A stretch of 64,000 bases of DNA from Parachlamydiales bacterium. Its GTDB lineage: Bacteria; Chlamydiota; Chlamydiia; Chlamydiales; JAJFMK01. Below the pieces are notes generated by a model, which worked only from the letters and a program-made list of their open reading frames with translations, made no database searches and was not told where the DNA came from. Made by a program: the position numbers and the translations under genes. Below, one piece after another: positions 1-10,460 of the stretch (its first letter is position 1; each line of letters opens with the position of its first letter). Where the stretch lies: the NCBI GenBank assembly GCA_963704365.1, contig OY969899.1:872421-936420 (forward strand). The letters run 5' to 3'.

Positions 1-1522
1 GAAGGAAATCGTCTCGTGTCTCTTCAGGGCCGATCAGATTCGTTATCTCTTGCATCAATTCTTTTTCTTTGGCCATCATCCCACCGTTCAAGTCTCGGAA
101 ATTGCCTAGAACAAGTTTTAACTCCTTCACTAAACGGCCGCGTGCTTTGTAAAGGTCAACCGACAGATCTTTACGCAAAAACTGCTCTTTAGGTAACCGT
201 GCACGTAAATAGCAGACCTCTTTAGGAAATTTTTTCTTGACCACACCCATCTTTTTGACCGACTCGATTTTGAAGCTGGCCATCGGAGCACCCTCTTCAA
301 AAATATCGTAAAAAGAGCGCCCTTTAGCTCCAGATATTTTTGCGATCAGCACATCGTAAAGGAGTTCTTCTTGCGTTTGCTCTTGGAAAGAGAGAAGCAC
401 GTGGGGAAGATCGCTGACATTTCGGACCTCTGCAGCTACCTGCAACATATTTCGCATCATCTCCTCTTCATTTTTTGGCATGAAGACAGGAGGTATCAGT
501 TTTTCTACCCTGTCATTAAGATCTGAAGGCAGCTCTTTCCTTAAAAGGCTTAAATCGGCCTGGGAAAAAGGATCTTGGCAAGCTTTTTCCACTTCCAGGT
601 ACAAAAATTGGAGCCTTGACGCCTCCTTACGAGAAGTAAAAAAAGAGCCGGGGACCAATCTGGCTTCTGGAAGGTAATATTGAATAGCTTTAAGGAGGTG
701 ACGCTCTTCCAAAAATTCCCTTTGATCAAGAAAATTTACACCCACTGCTACTGCTAGGACCGGCTTTTTCTTATCTTTTACTCCAAGTTTTACATGAAAA
801 AGGTTGACCTTGAGAACTCGCTTATCTTTAGTGCCAAATATTTCCTCTTCAATTTGCTTTTTGAAAAGGTAACTGACGGTCACCATCCGGATCAGATGGG
901 CAGGAACCCTAGCCTCTTTAAAAGTGTCTGGCATCCCCATCAGGGCATAATTCATCTCTTGAAAAAACGATTCATCAAAATAATTAGGAAAACGTTTGAT
1001 GATCTGGTGGACATAGCCATTGATCGTCACACTTTTCTGATCGAGCGAAATCCCGTTTGTTTCCAAAAGTTTTCTTGCAAACCAAGGGGATCCGGAACCA
1101 AGTGCAATCTGTCCTTTCAAATAGGATAAATTTTTTATAGCCTCTTCCCGTGCTTCTACCGACTCAAACCGAGCCAACATCTCGCAAAAGGTCAACTTAA
1201 GGCCAAAGTCAGGAAGGGCAAAGTCGACTGTAAAAAGAAGGGGCGCCCCAATTGTTTGATAAGGAAGCAACCACTGGCACAAAATAGTATGGAAAAATTT
1301 AAATAGATGGGCCCGTTCAATAGATACAAGGGAAAGGGCCAAAGTAGGAGGGACATCTCCCCCAACTTCCGCCGAAATAATCGGAAGTTGTTTGATCAAT
1401 TCGTCTGACTTTGCGAGAACTGTCTGCAATTTCTTTTCTAAAAAAAGAGTATGCAACTCTTCATAAGGATGCCCCTTAAAAGAAAAAGGAAATTCGATGT
1501 TAAAAGATCGACCCTTTTTCAA
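1..1522 (-). CDS. Hypothetical protein, 3' end cut by window edge (>=507 aa)
   Basis: Absent from the supplied ORF track because it runs off the left edge. Manual reverse-complement translation stays open from a TTG at 1522..1520 (MKKGRSFNIEFPFSFKGHPYEELH...) down to position 1. The TTG overlaps the TGA of the upstream gene (TTGA). The + strand ORFs 480..677 and 794..1129 are antisense to it. No family recognised. Confidence 0.5.
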   Translation of the reverse strand, partial: MKKGRSFNIEFPFSFKGHPYEELHTLFLEKKLQTVLAKSDELIKQLPIISAEVGGDVPPTLALSLVSIERAHLFKFFHTILCQWLLPYQTIGAPLLFTVDFALPDFGLKLTFCEMLARFESVEAREEAIKNLSYLKGQIALGSGSPWFARKLLETNGISLDQKSVTINGYVHQIIKRFPNYFDESFFQEMNYALMGMPDTFKEARVPAHLIRMVTVSYLFKKQIEEEIFGTKDKRVLKVNLFHVKLGVKDKKKPVLAVAVGVNFLDQREFLEERHLLKAIQYYLPEARLVPGSFFTSRKEASRLQFLYLEVEKACQDPFSQADLSLLRKELPSDLNDRVEKLIPPVFMPKNEEEMMRNMLQVAAEVRNVSDLPHVLLSFQEQTQEELLYDVLIAKISGAKGRSFYDIFEEGAPMASFKIESVKKMGVVKKKFPKEVCYLRARLPKEQFLRKDLSVDLYKARGRLVKELKLVLGNFRDLNGGMMAKEKELMQEITNLIGPEETRDDFL

Positions 1523-2280
1523 ATTACAACCTCTTCTTCAAAGATTTTTTCTGTTTTAACATTTTCTTTTGATGCGATTCGTGTTCCACCCTCTTCAGAA
1601 AGAAAGCTTCTAACATAAAGTGGCATTCCATTGGCTTTTGCCAAAAGTAATGAACGTTCGTGCAGCACTTTTGCACCACCGCGGACAATTTCTAATGCTT
1701 TATCATAATCTAGTTCAAGAAAATGGTGCGCGTTAGGGCAAGCTTTGGGATCGGCTTCGTATATTCCCTTCACATCCTTATAGAATTCGATCAGATCAGC
1801 CCCAATAGCTACACCCAATGCAACGGCCGATGTGTCAGATCCGCCTCTGCCTAACGTAGTAATCTCCCCTTTAGAGCTCACACCTTGAAAGCCTGCCACT
1901 ATCACCACTTTGCCTTGGCTTAAATTTTCTAAAATTCTTTTGGGTCGGATGTCTAAAATTTTAGCTTCGGAATGGTTACAACAGGTGATGATTCCCGATT
2001 GACTTCCAGTGAAGCTCACAGCTTCGCACCCTTTTAATGAGAGCGCCATGGCCATCAGGGACATGCTAATCCGTTCACCGACGGTGATCATCATGTCGTA
2101 CTCTCTTTTTGGAGGTGAAGGATGGACCTTTTTAGCCAGTGCAATCAGCTCGTCTGTCATTTTGCCCATGGCGCTTACAACAATAACGATTTGATCGTAA
2201 ATTTTTTTCTTTTCTAGAACAAGAGTGGCTACTTCTTGAAAACGTTCAGGGAGAGACAGCGCTGCTCCACCGAATTTCAT
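1519..2280 (-). CDS. lysC: Aspartokinase-like amino-acid kinase, catalytic domain only (~253 aa, no ACT domains)
   Basis: ORF 1519..2352 trimmed to ATG 2280..2278, giving MKFGGAAL, the canonical kinase N-terminus. VVSAMG, GFQG, LGRGGSD and GAKVLHERS motifs match the aspartokinase catalytic domain. The protein ends shortly after the point where ACT domains normally begin. Confidence 0.75.
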   Translation of the reverse strand: MKFGGAALSLPERFQEVATLVLEKKKIYDQIVIVVSAMGKMTDELIALAKKVHPSPPKREYDMMITVGERISMSLMAMALSLKGCEAVSFTGSQSGIITCCNHSEAKILDIRPKRILENLSQGKVVIVAGFQGVSSKGEITTLGRGGSDTSAVALGVAIGADLIEFYKDVKGIYEADPKACPNAHHFLELDYDKALEIVRGGAKVLHERSLLLAKANGMPLYVRSFLSEEGGTRIASKENVKTEKIFEEEVVI

Positions 2281-2520
2281 AACGAGAGTACGTTGATTAA
2301 TTTTATTCACCCTGATAAACTCTTTCCCGTGAAGCTTAATTTTAGCTCTCACTCCTTACTGGTTCGAATCCCCCCTGAGCACACCTGGGAAAATCGAGGT
2401 GATACCTTTATAGCGGTTTCATCCAATTCCCTCTAGTAGGAGTTCAATCTGTTGTCCTCATTTTTTGAGGAAATGTGTCCTTCCCTGGGAAGTGGTTAAA
2501 AAATTTAAAAAAACACATAC

Positions 2521-4281
2521 ATGTCCAAACATTCTAAAAAATCTCAAGAGAGCAACATCCTCGACGACTCAAGTTTCCGTCAGCAAGACAGAGACCAATT
2601 TGCAGCCTTTATGGGCCAAACCAGTTCAATTGGCGTCGACCAAACAACCCCCTCTCCTGGCACCCTTCTAAAAGGGCGTATCGTTGAAATCACAAAAGAC
2701 CATGTTGTGGTCGACGTCGGATTAAAATCAGAAGGTTTGGTACCTATTGAAGAGTTTTCAGATCCATCAATGGTCGAACTCGACGGTGAAATTGAAGTTT
2801 ACCTCGATCAACCAGAAGATGAACACGGACAGATCGTCTTATCACGTGAAAAAGCAGAACGGCAAAGACAGTGGGAATTCATCCTAGAACATTGCGTTGA
2901 AGGTTCGATCGTTAAAGGTAAAGTCCTCCGTAAAGTCAAAGGTGGATTGATGGTCGATATCGGGATGGAAGCTTTCCTGCCTGGTTCCCAAATCGACAAC
3001 AAGCGTATTAAAAATCTTGATGAGTATATCGGTCATACATACGAATTCAAAATACTCAAAATCAATGCTGACAGGAAAAACGTCGTTGTTTCTCGCCGCG
3101 AACTTCTTGAAGCTGAAAGAATGACAAAGAAGACTGAACTTCTAGAAACAATTGAAGTGGGTGAAGTCCGTGTTGGTATCGCTAAAAACATTACCGACTT
3201 TGGTGTTTTCCTTGATCTAGATGGCATTGATGGTCTTCTCCATATCACCGATATGACTTGGAAGCGTATTAAACACCCTTCAGAGATGGTAAATGTTGGC
3301 GACGAATTAGAAGTTGTCATCCTCTCTATCGACAAAGAAAAAGGGCGTGTAGCTCTTGGCCTAAAACAAAAAGAGGCTAATCCTTGGGAACATATCGAAG
3401 AAAAATATCCTCCTGGCACACTTGTCCATGGAAAGATTGTTAATCTTCTCCCCTACGGTGCTTTCATTGAACTAGAACCAGGCATTGAAGGTCTGATCCA
3501 CGTTTCAGAAATGTCATGGGTCAAAAACGTTACCGATCCAAACGAAGTCGTTCAAAAAGGCGATGAAGTCGACGCAATTGTTCTTTCTATCCAAAAAGAC
3601 GAAGGGAAAATCTCACTCGGTATCAAGCAAACAGAACACAATCCTTGGGACAGCGTAGCAAATAAATATGCCCCAGGCACCAATGTTAAAGCAGAAATTA
3701 AAAGCTTAACCAACTACGGTGCTTTTGTTGAGCTGGAGCCAGGTGTTGAAGGTTTGATTCACATTTCAGATATCAGCTGGATCAAAAAAGTCTCACACCC
3801 ATCAGAGATTTTCAACAAAGGTGACATTGTCGACGCTTGCGTCCTATCTGTTGATACAGAAAGCAAGAAAATCACACTTGGTATCAAACAGCTAGCAGAC
3901 AACCCATGGCACTCGATTGAGAAAAAATTGCCAGTCGGCTCTATCGTTCACGGTATTGTAACAAAGATCACCGCTTTTGGTGCCTTTGTTGAACTCGACG
4001 GTGGCATCGAAGGGCTCATCCACGTAACAGAACTTTCTGACCAAGCGTTTGGTAAAGTTGAAGATGTGGTGGAAAAAGGATCTGAAGTTACAGCCAAAGT
4101 GATCAAGATCGACCCAGAGCACAAAAAAATCTCCCTTTCGATCAAAGAAGTTGCGTCACAAAAAGGGCCAACTACTTATGATGATATCGTCGTAAAACCG
4201 AAGAAGAAGGGCGATAAGAAGAAAAAAGATGCTGAAGAAGAAAGTCCCGAAGAAGAATCTGAACAAGGTTCAGAAGGATAA
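2521..4281 (+). CDS. rpsA: 30S ribosomal protein S1
   Basis: 586-aa ORF with six S1/OB repeats (recurring G.V..I..FGAFVEL..G.EGLIH.SE pattern). Lys/Glu-rich tail. Conserved position upstream of nusA. Confidence 0.95.
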   Translation: MSKHSKKSQESNILDDSSFRQQDRDQFAAFMGQTSSIGVDQTTPSPGTLLKGRIVEITKDHVVVDVGLKSEGLVPIEEFSDPSMVELDGEIEVYLDQPEDEHGQIVLSREKAERQRQWEFILEHCVEGSIVKGKVLRKVKGGLMVDIGMEAFLPGSQIDNKRIKNLDEYIGHTYEFKILKINADRKNVVVSRRELLEAERMTKKTELLETIEVGEVRVGIAKNITDFGVFLDLDGIDGLLHITDMTWKRIKHPSEMVNVGDELEVVILSIDKEKGRVALGLKQKEANPWEHIEEKYPPGTLVHGKIVNLLPYGAFIELEPGIEGLIHVSEMSWVKNVTDPNEVVQKGDEVDAIVLSIQKDEGKISLGIKQTEHNPWDSVANKYAPGTNVKAEIKSLTNYGAFVELEPGVEGLIHISDISWIKKVSHPSEIFNKGDIVDACVLSVDTESKKITLGIKQLADNPWHSIEKKLPVGSIVHGIVTKITAFGAFVELDGGIEGLIHVTELSDQAFGKVEDVVEKGSEVTAKVIKIDPEHKKISLSIKEVASQKGPTTYDDIVVKPKKKGDKKKKDAEEESPEEESEQGSEG

Positions 4282-4316
4282 TTCTCTTCTCATCTACTGA
4301 CTGCTTGATAAAAAAC

Positions 4317-4336
4317 GGCCTCTTTTGCGAGAGGCC
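4317..4336 (+). terminator. Short hairpin after rpsA (possible terminator or attenuator)
   Basis: GGCCTCT (4317..4323) pairs with AGAGGCC (4330..4336) around a 6-nt loop, 36 nt after the rpsA stop. The trailing sequence is A/T-rich but has no clean T-run. Confidence 0.4.
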
Positions 4337-4365
4337 AATAAATTTAATATTTATTCCGGTGCTTC

Positions 4366-5655
4366 ATGAATAAAGATCTAATAGCCATCTTTGAGTATCT
4401 CGAAAGAGAAAAAGGGATCAAACGGGAGATTGTGTTGGCTGCCATCCAAGAATCTCTTGAAGCTGCTGCTATGAAAAGCGTCCACGGCGCCTCCAATGTT
4501 ACCGTGAAAATTAACCCTAAAACAGGCGACATCGACGTCTTTTCTGAAAAAGAAATTGTAGACGAAGTGGAAGTCCCTGCCCAAGAAATTTCGATCGAAA
4601 ATGCTCGTGAAATTGACCCAGATGCAGAACTTGGGCAGTTTATCGACATTATGGTAACCCCTAAAGATTTTGGTCGTATCGCTGCACAAAAAGCTCGTAG
4701 CGTTATTTCACAAAAACTCCGTAGTGCCGAAAGAGATGTGATCTATGAAGAATACCGTCACCGTATTAACGAGATCGTGTCTGGTACTGTTAAACGGTTT
4801 GTCAAAGGTGCTAACCTGATCGTTGATCTAGGAAAAGTAGAAGCCATTTTGCCTATGAGGAATTATCCTAAGACAGAAAAATGGCATGTGGGTGACAAGG
4901 TCATGGCTCTCTTATCCCATGTGGAAGACACCGAAAATGGTGGGGCTCAGGTCGTTCTCTCTAGAAGCGATCCTGAATTTGTCCGTCAACTTTTTATCCG
5001 TGAAGTTCCAGAAATTCATGATGGTCAAATCATCGTTGAAAGAATTGTAAGAGATGCAGGATACAGAACTAAGCTGGCTGTCCGATCAAATGATCCCAAA
5101 ATTGACCCAGTTGGCGCTTGTGTCGGCATGCGTGGAATGAGGGTGAAAAACGTCGTCAGAGAATTGAATAATGAGAAGATCGACATCATCCCATTCTCTC
5201 AAGACCCGATCGAATTGCTGCAAAACGCGCTATCTCCAATTGAGATCCGAAAAATTAACGTATCTGATGAAGATCGGGTCATATCCATCGTTATTGATGA
5301 TGACCAATTTGCAACAGTTGTTGGTAAACGACACTCCAATCAAAGATTGAATGGAGATCTAATTGGTTATACACTTGAAGTGCATGGAATGACCGATTAC
5401 AATCAATCACAAGTTCAAGAGCAAAGTGCATATCTCTCATCTCTTTCAGAAGGACACCTCGATAAGCCGATCGAAGCTATTGAAGGGGTCAATCAAATGA
5501 TTGTCGACCAACTGAAAGAACATGGATTTGAGAAGGTAAAAGATCTACTCATGACTACACCTCAACTGCTTTCAAAAGTCCCAGGGATTAGCCTTGAAAG
5601 CGCTGAAAAGATTATAGACTCGGTCAAAAAACAGGGGAAAGCCTCACTTGACTAA
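4366..5655 (+). CDS. nusA: Transcription termination/antitermination factor NusA
   Basis: 429-aa ORF with NusA N-terminal, S1 and KH regions (e.g. DPVGACVGMRGMRV). Lies between rpsA and infB. Confidence 0.95.
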   Translation: MNKDLIAIFEYLEREKGIKREIVLAAIQESLEAAAMKSVHGASNVTVKINPKTGDIDVFSEKEIVDEVEVPAQEISIENAREIDPDAELGQFIDIMVTPKDFGRIAAQKARSVISQKLRSAERDVIYEEYRHRINEIVSGTVKRFVKGANLIVDLGKVEAILPMRNYPKTEKWHVGDKVMALLSHVEDTENGGAQVVLSRSDPEFVRQLFIREVPEIHDGQIIVERIVRDAGYRTKLAVRSNDPKIDPVGACVGMRGMRVKNVVRELNNEKIDIIPFSQDPIELLQNALSPIEIRKINVSDEDRVISIVIDDDQFATVVGKRHSNQRLNGDLIGYTLEVHGMTDYNQSQVQEQSAYLSSLSEGHLDKPIEAIEGVNQMIVDQLKEHGFEKVKDLLMTTPQLLSKVPGISLESAEKIIDSVKKQGKASLD

Positions 5656-8483
5656 ACAATTTAAAATTAACATCAAAAATGCTCAATTAGCAGAAGCTAT
5701 CCATCTTGGAGATCTCAAAAAGAAGATTTCCCTTAAGAAGGAAAAGAAGGCGGAGGAGAATGCTCCGAAGCCAACAGAAGAGCTTTTAGAAAAGTCCGCT
5801 CCAGAAAAGCAGGCAAAAGTAGAGCCACCACCTGCAGAGGCTCATATTCCTCAGCATGCTGGAGAAGAGTCTTTGGCGGAAGCGCCTAAGGCGAAAGCTC
5901 GTTCGCGCTCTGCTTTTGCTGGCGGGACAAAGCCCCCAGCCGAAGAGGCTGCAAAGGAAGAAGAGGTTGTTATCCCTCAACCGACCGTTGCAAAAACTCC
6001 TTTGGAGTTAGCAGAAGAAAAACTTTCCTTTGTAGAAGAACCGCCTGCCGTAAAAGAAGAGCTAGAAATCAAGCCTGTCGCCCCTCCCATATCTCCCCTC
6101 CCTGCTCCTAGAGAGCAACCTAAGACACCAGCTCCTCCTTTACCAAGAGCTCCTCTTTTCCGTCCTGCTCGTCGTGATGGAGACCAGAGAACACCTTCCC
6201 CTCTACCTCCACGTGAGCACAGAGCTGGGACTGGAGCTGGAGCCGGAACCGGAGCACCACTAAGGCCTCCTTTTAAACAACACAAAGAGTATGTAAGCCC
6301 TTTTTCTGTTCAGAAGAAAGCCTCACCAGAGGGTCTTGCCAAATTACAAGCCTCTCAAAAAGAGCGTCTAGGTCCTACTGGAAGACATATTAGCGATTTC
6401 GTTAAGCCACCTGAGCCTCCACGTAGGGGACCTCCTCCCGCTGCCGGTGCTGGTACAGCTGCTGCTGACAAATCAAAAGTCAGACGGCCTGCAACGGAAT
6501 CTGCCGCAGATGCCAAGAAAGTTGGCTTGAGACCTGCTAAGTCAAAAGACTTTAAAGATTTCAAACCAGTAAAGAAAACATTGACTGCTGCAACCGGATC
6601 TTTCGATTCTCGGGATAGGCAAGGGCTACGTGTTTCTGGAGATGAAGACAGTCGCCGTCGTCGTAAACCTAAATCGAAGTTTTCTCCTCGTGACGATGCA
6701 CAAACTGTCCGTCCAACGACATTGAAAATTCGTCCTCCTATATCGATCAAAGATTTTGCAAGCGAACTTAAGCTTAAAGCCTCAGAGCTTATTGCCAAGT
6801 TGTTTTTGCAAGGGACAGTTGTCACATTAAACGACATGCTCGAAGATGAAACAACCCTTCAACTGTTGGGTCATGAATTCGGCTGTGAAGTGACAATTGA
6901 CACTTCAGAAGAGCAAAGAATACGGATCACAAGCAGCACTATCAAGGATGAGATCAAAAATGAGCCATCTGATGTCCTTATTCTTCGACCTCCAGTTGTC
7001 ACCTTTATGGGTCACGTCGACCATGGTAAAACTAGTTTGATTGACTACATCAGAAAAACAAATCGAGTTAGCCAAGAAGCAGGCGCAATCACGCAGCACA
7101 TCGGTGCCTTTAAATGCTCGACCGCTGTTGGGGAAATCACGGTTTTGGATACTCCAGGTCACGAAGCTTTCTCAGCTATGAGAGCTCGGGGAGCTGAGGT
7201 AACTGATATTGTTGTCTTGGTTGTAGCTGGTGATGAAGGGATGAAACAACAGACTCTTGAAGCGTTACAACACGCTAAAAGTGCTGGCGTCACCATCGTT
7301 GTGGCCATCAACAAATGTGATAAACCAAACTTCAATGCCGAAACAGTCTACCGACAACTTTCAGAAAACGATCTTCTACCTGAAGCATGGGGTGGACAAA
7401 CCATTACTGTGAATTGCTCTGCAGTGACTGGAGAAGGGATACCTCAACTTTTGGAAATGCTTGCACTGCAAGCTGAAGTTTTGGAATTGAGAGCTAATCC
7501 TCACTCTCGTGCTCGTGGTTCTGTTATTGAATCTGAGATGCATAAAGGGATGGGTGTTGTTGCAACCATTTTGGTCCAAAACGGAACACTCAAGAAAGGC
7601 GATGCAGTCGTCTTTGATACCGAGTGGGCACGTATTAAAACAATGAAGGACGAATTAGGTAAAGAATTAGTCGAAGCTCCCCCTTCAACTCCTGTATTAA
7701 TCACAGGTCTTTCCGGACTTCCACAAGCTGGCCAAGAATTTATCGTTGTTAAAGACGAAAAAGAGGCCCGTGAAATTGCTGAAACCCGTTCGATTGAAAA
7801 GAGGACTAAGAGCCATCTATTGAGCAAACGGTCGATGGATTCGTTCCTACAGCAAGGTGGTGCTGGTAAGAAAATGCTCCGCTTGGTACTCCGTGCAGAC
7901 GTACAGGGTTCATTGGAAGCGTTGAAGTCAGCCTTATTGAAAATCACTTCGGCAAAAGTGGATATCGATATTGTATTCACTGGTGTAGGCGAAATTTCAG
8001 AGTCTGATGTTCAGACTGGCTGCTGCTTCAAAAGCTGTGATTATCGGATTCCATAATTCGATCGAATCGCATGCTGAAAATCTTGCAAAAGAGATGGGCG
8101 TCGAGATCAGAATTCACGATGTGATCTACCACGCGATCGATGACGTAAAAGTCTTGATGGCTGGACAACTAGAAAAACTGGCTCAGGAAATAACCAGAGG
8201 TTCTGCTGTTGTTCTGCAAACTTTCAAATCATCCCATGTTGGTGTGATTGCAGGTTGCATGGTCACAGAGGGTACTGTTCACAGAAACTACAAAGCCGTC
8301 CTCAAGCGCAAAGGTCAACAGATCTGGCGTGGTGGTCTTGCCTCTCTCAAAAGGCTCAAAGAAGATGTGCGTGAAGTACAGAAAGGCTTTGAATGCGGGA
8401 TTGTGTTAGATGGTTTCACCGATGTGCAGCCAGATGATGTGATTGAATTCATCGAAATCATCTACATTACTCAGGAGCTATAA
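5648..8483 (+). CDS. infB: Translation initiation factor IF-2, reading frame interrupted by a 1-nt shift near 8015
   Basis: ORFs 5648..8056 and 8007..8483 together are colinear with IF-2. G-domain motifs are [17 protein letters not shown] and NKCD. The junction reads ...GEISESDVQ | [13 protein letters not shown]..., matching the E. coli ...[20 protein letters not shown]... region if one base (cag-a-ctg, about 8015) is removed. The TTG start at 5648 overlaps the nusA stop. Long Pro/Ala-rich N-terminal region. Confidence 0.9.
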
Positions 8484-8489
8484 CAAGGC

Positions 8490-8933
8490 ATGAGTACACG
8501 AAGAATTGAGCGGATTAACTCGCTTCTGCGTGAGGTGATTTCAGAGGTAATCAGGGAGGATGTTAAAAATCCTCACCTGAAAACTATTTGGACCATCACC
8601 GCTGTAGAGACAACCAAAGATTTGAGACATGCAAAAGTTTTTGTTAGCGTGATAGGCACTGAAGCAGAGAAGGGGGAAACGCTTCGTGCTCTAGAGTCAG
8701 CTCGTGGTTTCATCGCAGTTTCTGCATCCAAAAAAATTGTCATCCGTTTTTTCCCTGAGCTCCATTTTATTCTTGATGAAGGTGCCTCTCACCAGGCCAG
8801 GATCGAAGAGATTCTAACTAAAATTAGAAATGAGAAAGAGCAGAAGGACCTTGATAATCCCGAAACGGAAGAGCAAGAAACTGAGGATGAGCAGGAGGAG
8901 GAGGTAACCGATGGAGGGAATCCTTCTCATTGA
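8490..8933 (+). CDS. rbfA: Ribosome-binding factor A with acidic C-terminal tail
   Basis: 147-aa ORF with an RbfA-like core (RINSLLREVISEVI..., AKVFVSV). Conserved position after infB. Confidence 0.85.
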   Translation: MSTRRIERINSLLREVISEVIREDVKNPHLKTIWTITAVETTKDLRHAKVFVSVIGTEAEKGETLRALESARGFIAVSASKKIVIRFFPELHFILDEGASHQARIEEILTKIRNEKEQKDLDNPETEEQETEDEQEEEVTDGGNPSH

Positions 8934-9564
8934 TAAGCCAAAAGGGATGAATGCCTTCCGACTTGTCTCGATTTTGCGAAAACGGACCAACGTCAAAAAA
9001 GTTGGCCATGCAGGGACACTTGACCCATTAGCTTCTGGATTAATGGTTCTCTTAGTTGGGAAAAAATTTACGCAGCAGTCTGATTCTTTTTTAACTAAAA
9101 ACAAAGAATATCAAGCGACCATCTTTCTCGGCACCTCTACAACTACATATGATCAGGAAGGTCCAGTTACAGCTGCATCTGACTATATCCCCTCTCAAGA
9201 AGAAGTTCTCGAAGTCATCGCCTCTTTCCAAGGTGAGCAGCTGCAAATACCCCCTATGTTTTCTGCAAAGAAAATCGGAGGGAAAAAACTGTGCGATTTA
9301 GCAAGGAAAGGGATTGAGATTGAGCGTCCTCCTCAAAAAGTAGAAATGGAGATCACTTTAGTTGACTATTCCTACCCTTATCTAAAAATCGATGTTAAAT
9401 GTTCCAAAGGGACCTATATCCGTTCTCTTGCCCACGATTTAGGGGCAAAGTTAAAGTCTTATGGCCACCTATTTGACCTCAGAAGGACCCGTTCCGGTGA
9501 ATTTTCTCTGGAAAACGCCCACTCCCTAGAGCGCATCAGTGTTGACCCTCTCCCCTTCCTCTAA
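8911..9564 (+). CDS. truB: tRNA pseudouridine(55) synthase TruB
   Basis: GILLIDKPKGMNAF...VGHAGTLDPLASGLMVLLVG, the TruB catalytic Asp motif. Overlaps the rbfA end by 23 nt. Confidence 0.9.
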   Translation: MEGILLIDKPKGMNAFRLVSILRKRTNVKKVGHAGTLDPLASGLMVLLVGKKFTQQSDSFLTKNKEYQATIFLGTSTTTYDQEGPVTAASDYIPSQEEVLEVIASFQGEQLQIPPMFSAKKIGGKKLCDLARKGIEIERPPQKVEMEITLVDYSYPYLKIDVKCSKGTYIRSLAHDLGAKLKSYGHLFDLRRTRSGEFSLENAHSLERISVDPLPFL

Positions 9565-10384
9565 CATTGCAATTGGCGTATTCGATGGGGTACATCTTGG
9601 GCATCAGGCCTTACTGCAAGCTTTAGCGCAATATGGGAAAGGGGTTGTGATCACCTTCTCTACCCACCCACGATCGTTACCCTTACTCTGTACGATTGAA
9701 CACCGTATAACCTTGATCAAAGCCTTCGGGCATGATGTGGCACAAGTCACATTTGATTCGATCAAAGACAAGACAGCTGAACAGTTTTTGGACGAGTTGA
9801 CCTTAAATGGACTTCAACATTTTATCTTGGGCTATGATAACCACATTGGCAAAGGACGAGCCGGAACACCTGCTTTCATTAAAGACTATCTCGAGAAAAA
9901 AGGGGTACTCGTCAATGAGGTTCCCGCCATCTTAGAAGATGGGCTACCCATTTCCAGCGGCAGAATCAGAAAACTCATCGAAGCAGGTGATTTAGAAGGG
10001 GCAAAATCACTTTTAGGCAGGCCTTGGGGCCTACTTGGATCACCTACTAGAGGCGACGGAATAGGGAAAAAAATGGGGACTCCGACCCTTAATTTTTCTT
10101 TAGAGGGACTAGTCACGCCTCCATTTGGGGTTTATACAGCCCTACTAAAGACATCAACTGGGACGTTCAAGGGGGTAGCCAATATTGGCATATCACCCAC
10201 TTTAAAAAGGACGACCACTCCCCTTTTCGAGATTTATCTTTTTACTATGGAGAATCTTCCTCCACCACCTTACGAAGTCATACCCATAACATTCTTGCGA
10301 CCAGAACAGGTTTTTGCATCAGAAACCGAACTTAAGAAAGCCATCGAAAAAGACAAAGAGCAAGCCTTCAAGTTGCTAAATTAA
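9539..10384 (+). CDS. ribF: Bifunctional riboflavin kinase / FAD synthetase
   Basis: GVFDGVHLGHQ nucleotidyltransferase motif and a C-terminal riboflavin-kinase-like region (GIGKKMGTPTLN...FEIYLF). The GTG start at 9539 is uncertain. Confidence 0.85.
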   Translation: MLTLSPSSNIAIGVFDGVHLGHQALLQALAQYGKGVVITFSTHPRSLPLLCTIEHRITLIKAFGHDVAQVTFDSIKDKTAEQFLDELTLNGLQHFILGYDNHIGKGRAGTPAFIKDYLEKKGVLVNEVPAILEDGLPISSGRIRKLIEAGDLEGAKSLLGRPWGLLGSPTRGDGIGKKMGTPTLNFSLEGLVTPPFGVYTALLKTSTGTFKGVANIGISPTLKRTTTPLFEIYLFTMENLPPPPYEVIPITFLRPEQVFASETELKKAIEKDKEQAFKLLN

Positions 10385-10460
10385 AAATAATAACAGGATG
10401 AGAGGATAAGAAAGGATGGGCTGTTGCTAAGCCTTTAGAACCCATCTATAGAAAGATCTA

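Noticed and set aside
480-1129. Plus-strand ORFs 480..677 and 794..1129 from the ORF track
   Set aside because: Both are antisense to a much longer open frame on the minus strand that spans 1..1522. Their sequences are low-complexity and have no ribosome-binding site.
2361-2371. GGTTCGAATCC, the canonical tRNA T-loop sequence, in the lysC/rpsA intergenic region
   Set aside because: The flanking bases (ACTGG / CCCCC) cannot form a T-stem. No acceptor, D or anticodon arms could be built on either strand. This is probably chance or a very old relic.
5900-6500. Locally GC-rich stretch in the 5' part of infB, as a possible foreign insertion
   Set aside because: It is explained by the Pro/Ala/Gly-rich low-complexity N-terminal region typical of IF-2. 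The reading frame is continuous with the conserved G-domain.
5786-7980. Long antisense ORFs inside infB (e.g. 6355..6837 and 7501..7980), and similar ones inside rpsA, typA and the giant gene
   Set aside because: They lie opposite strongly supported conserved genes and have odd compositions (Arg/Ser/Gly-rich). They are the expected shadow ORFs of coding sequence.
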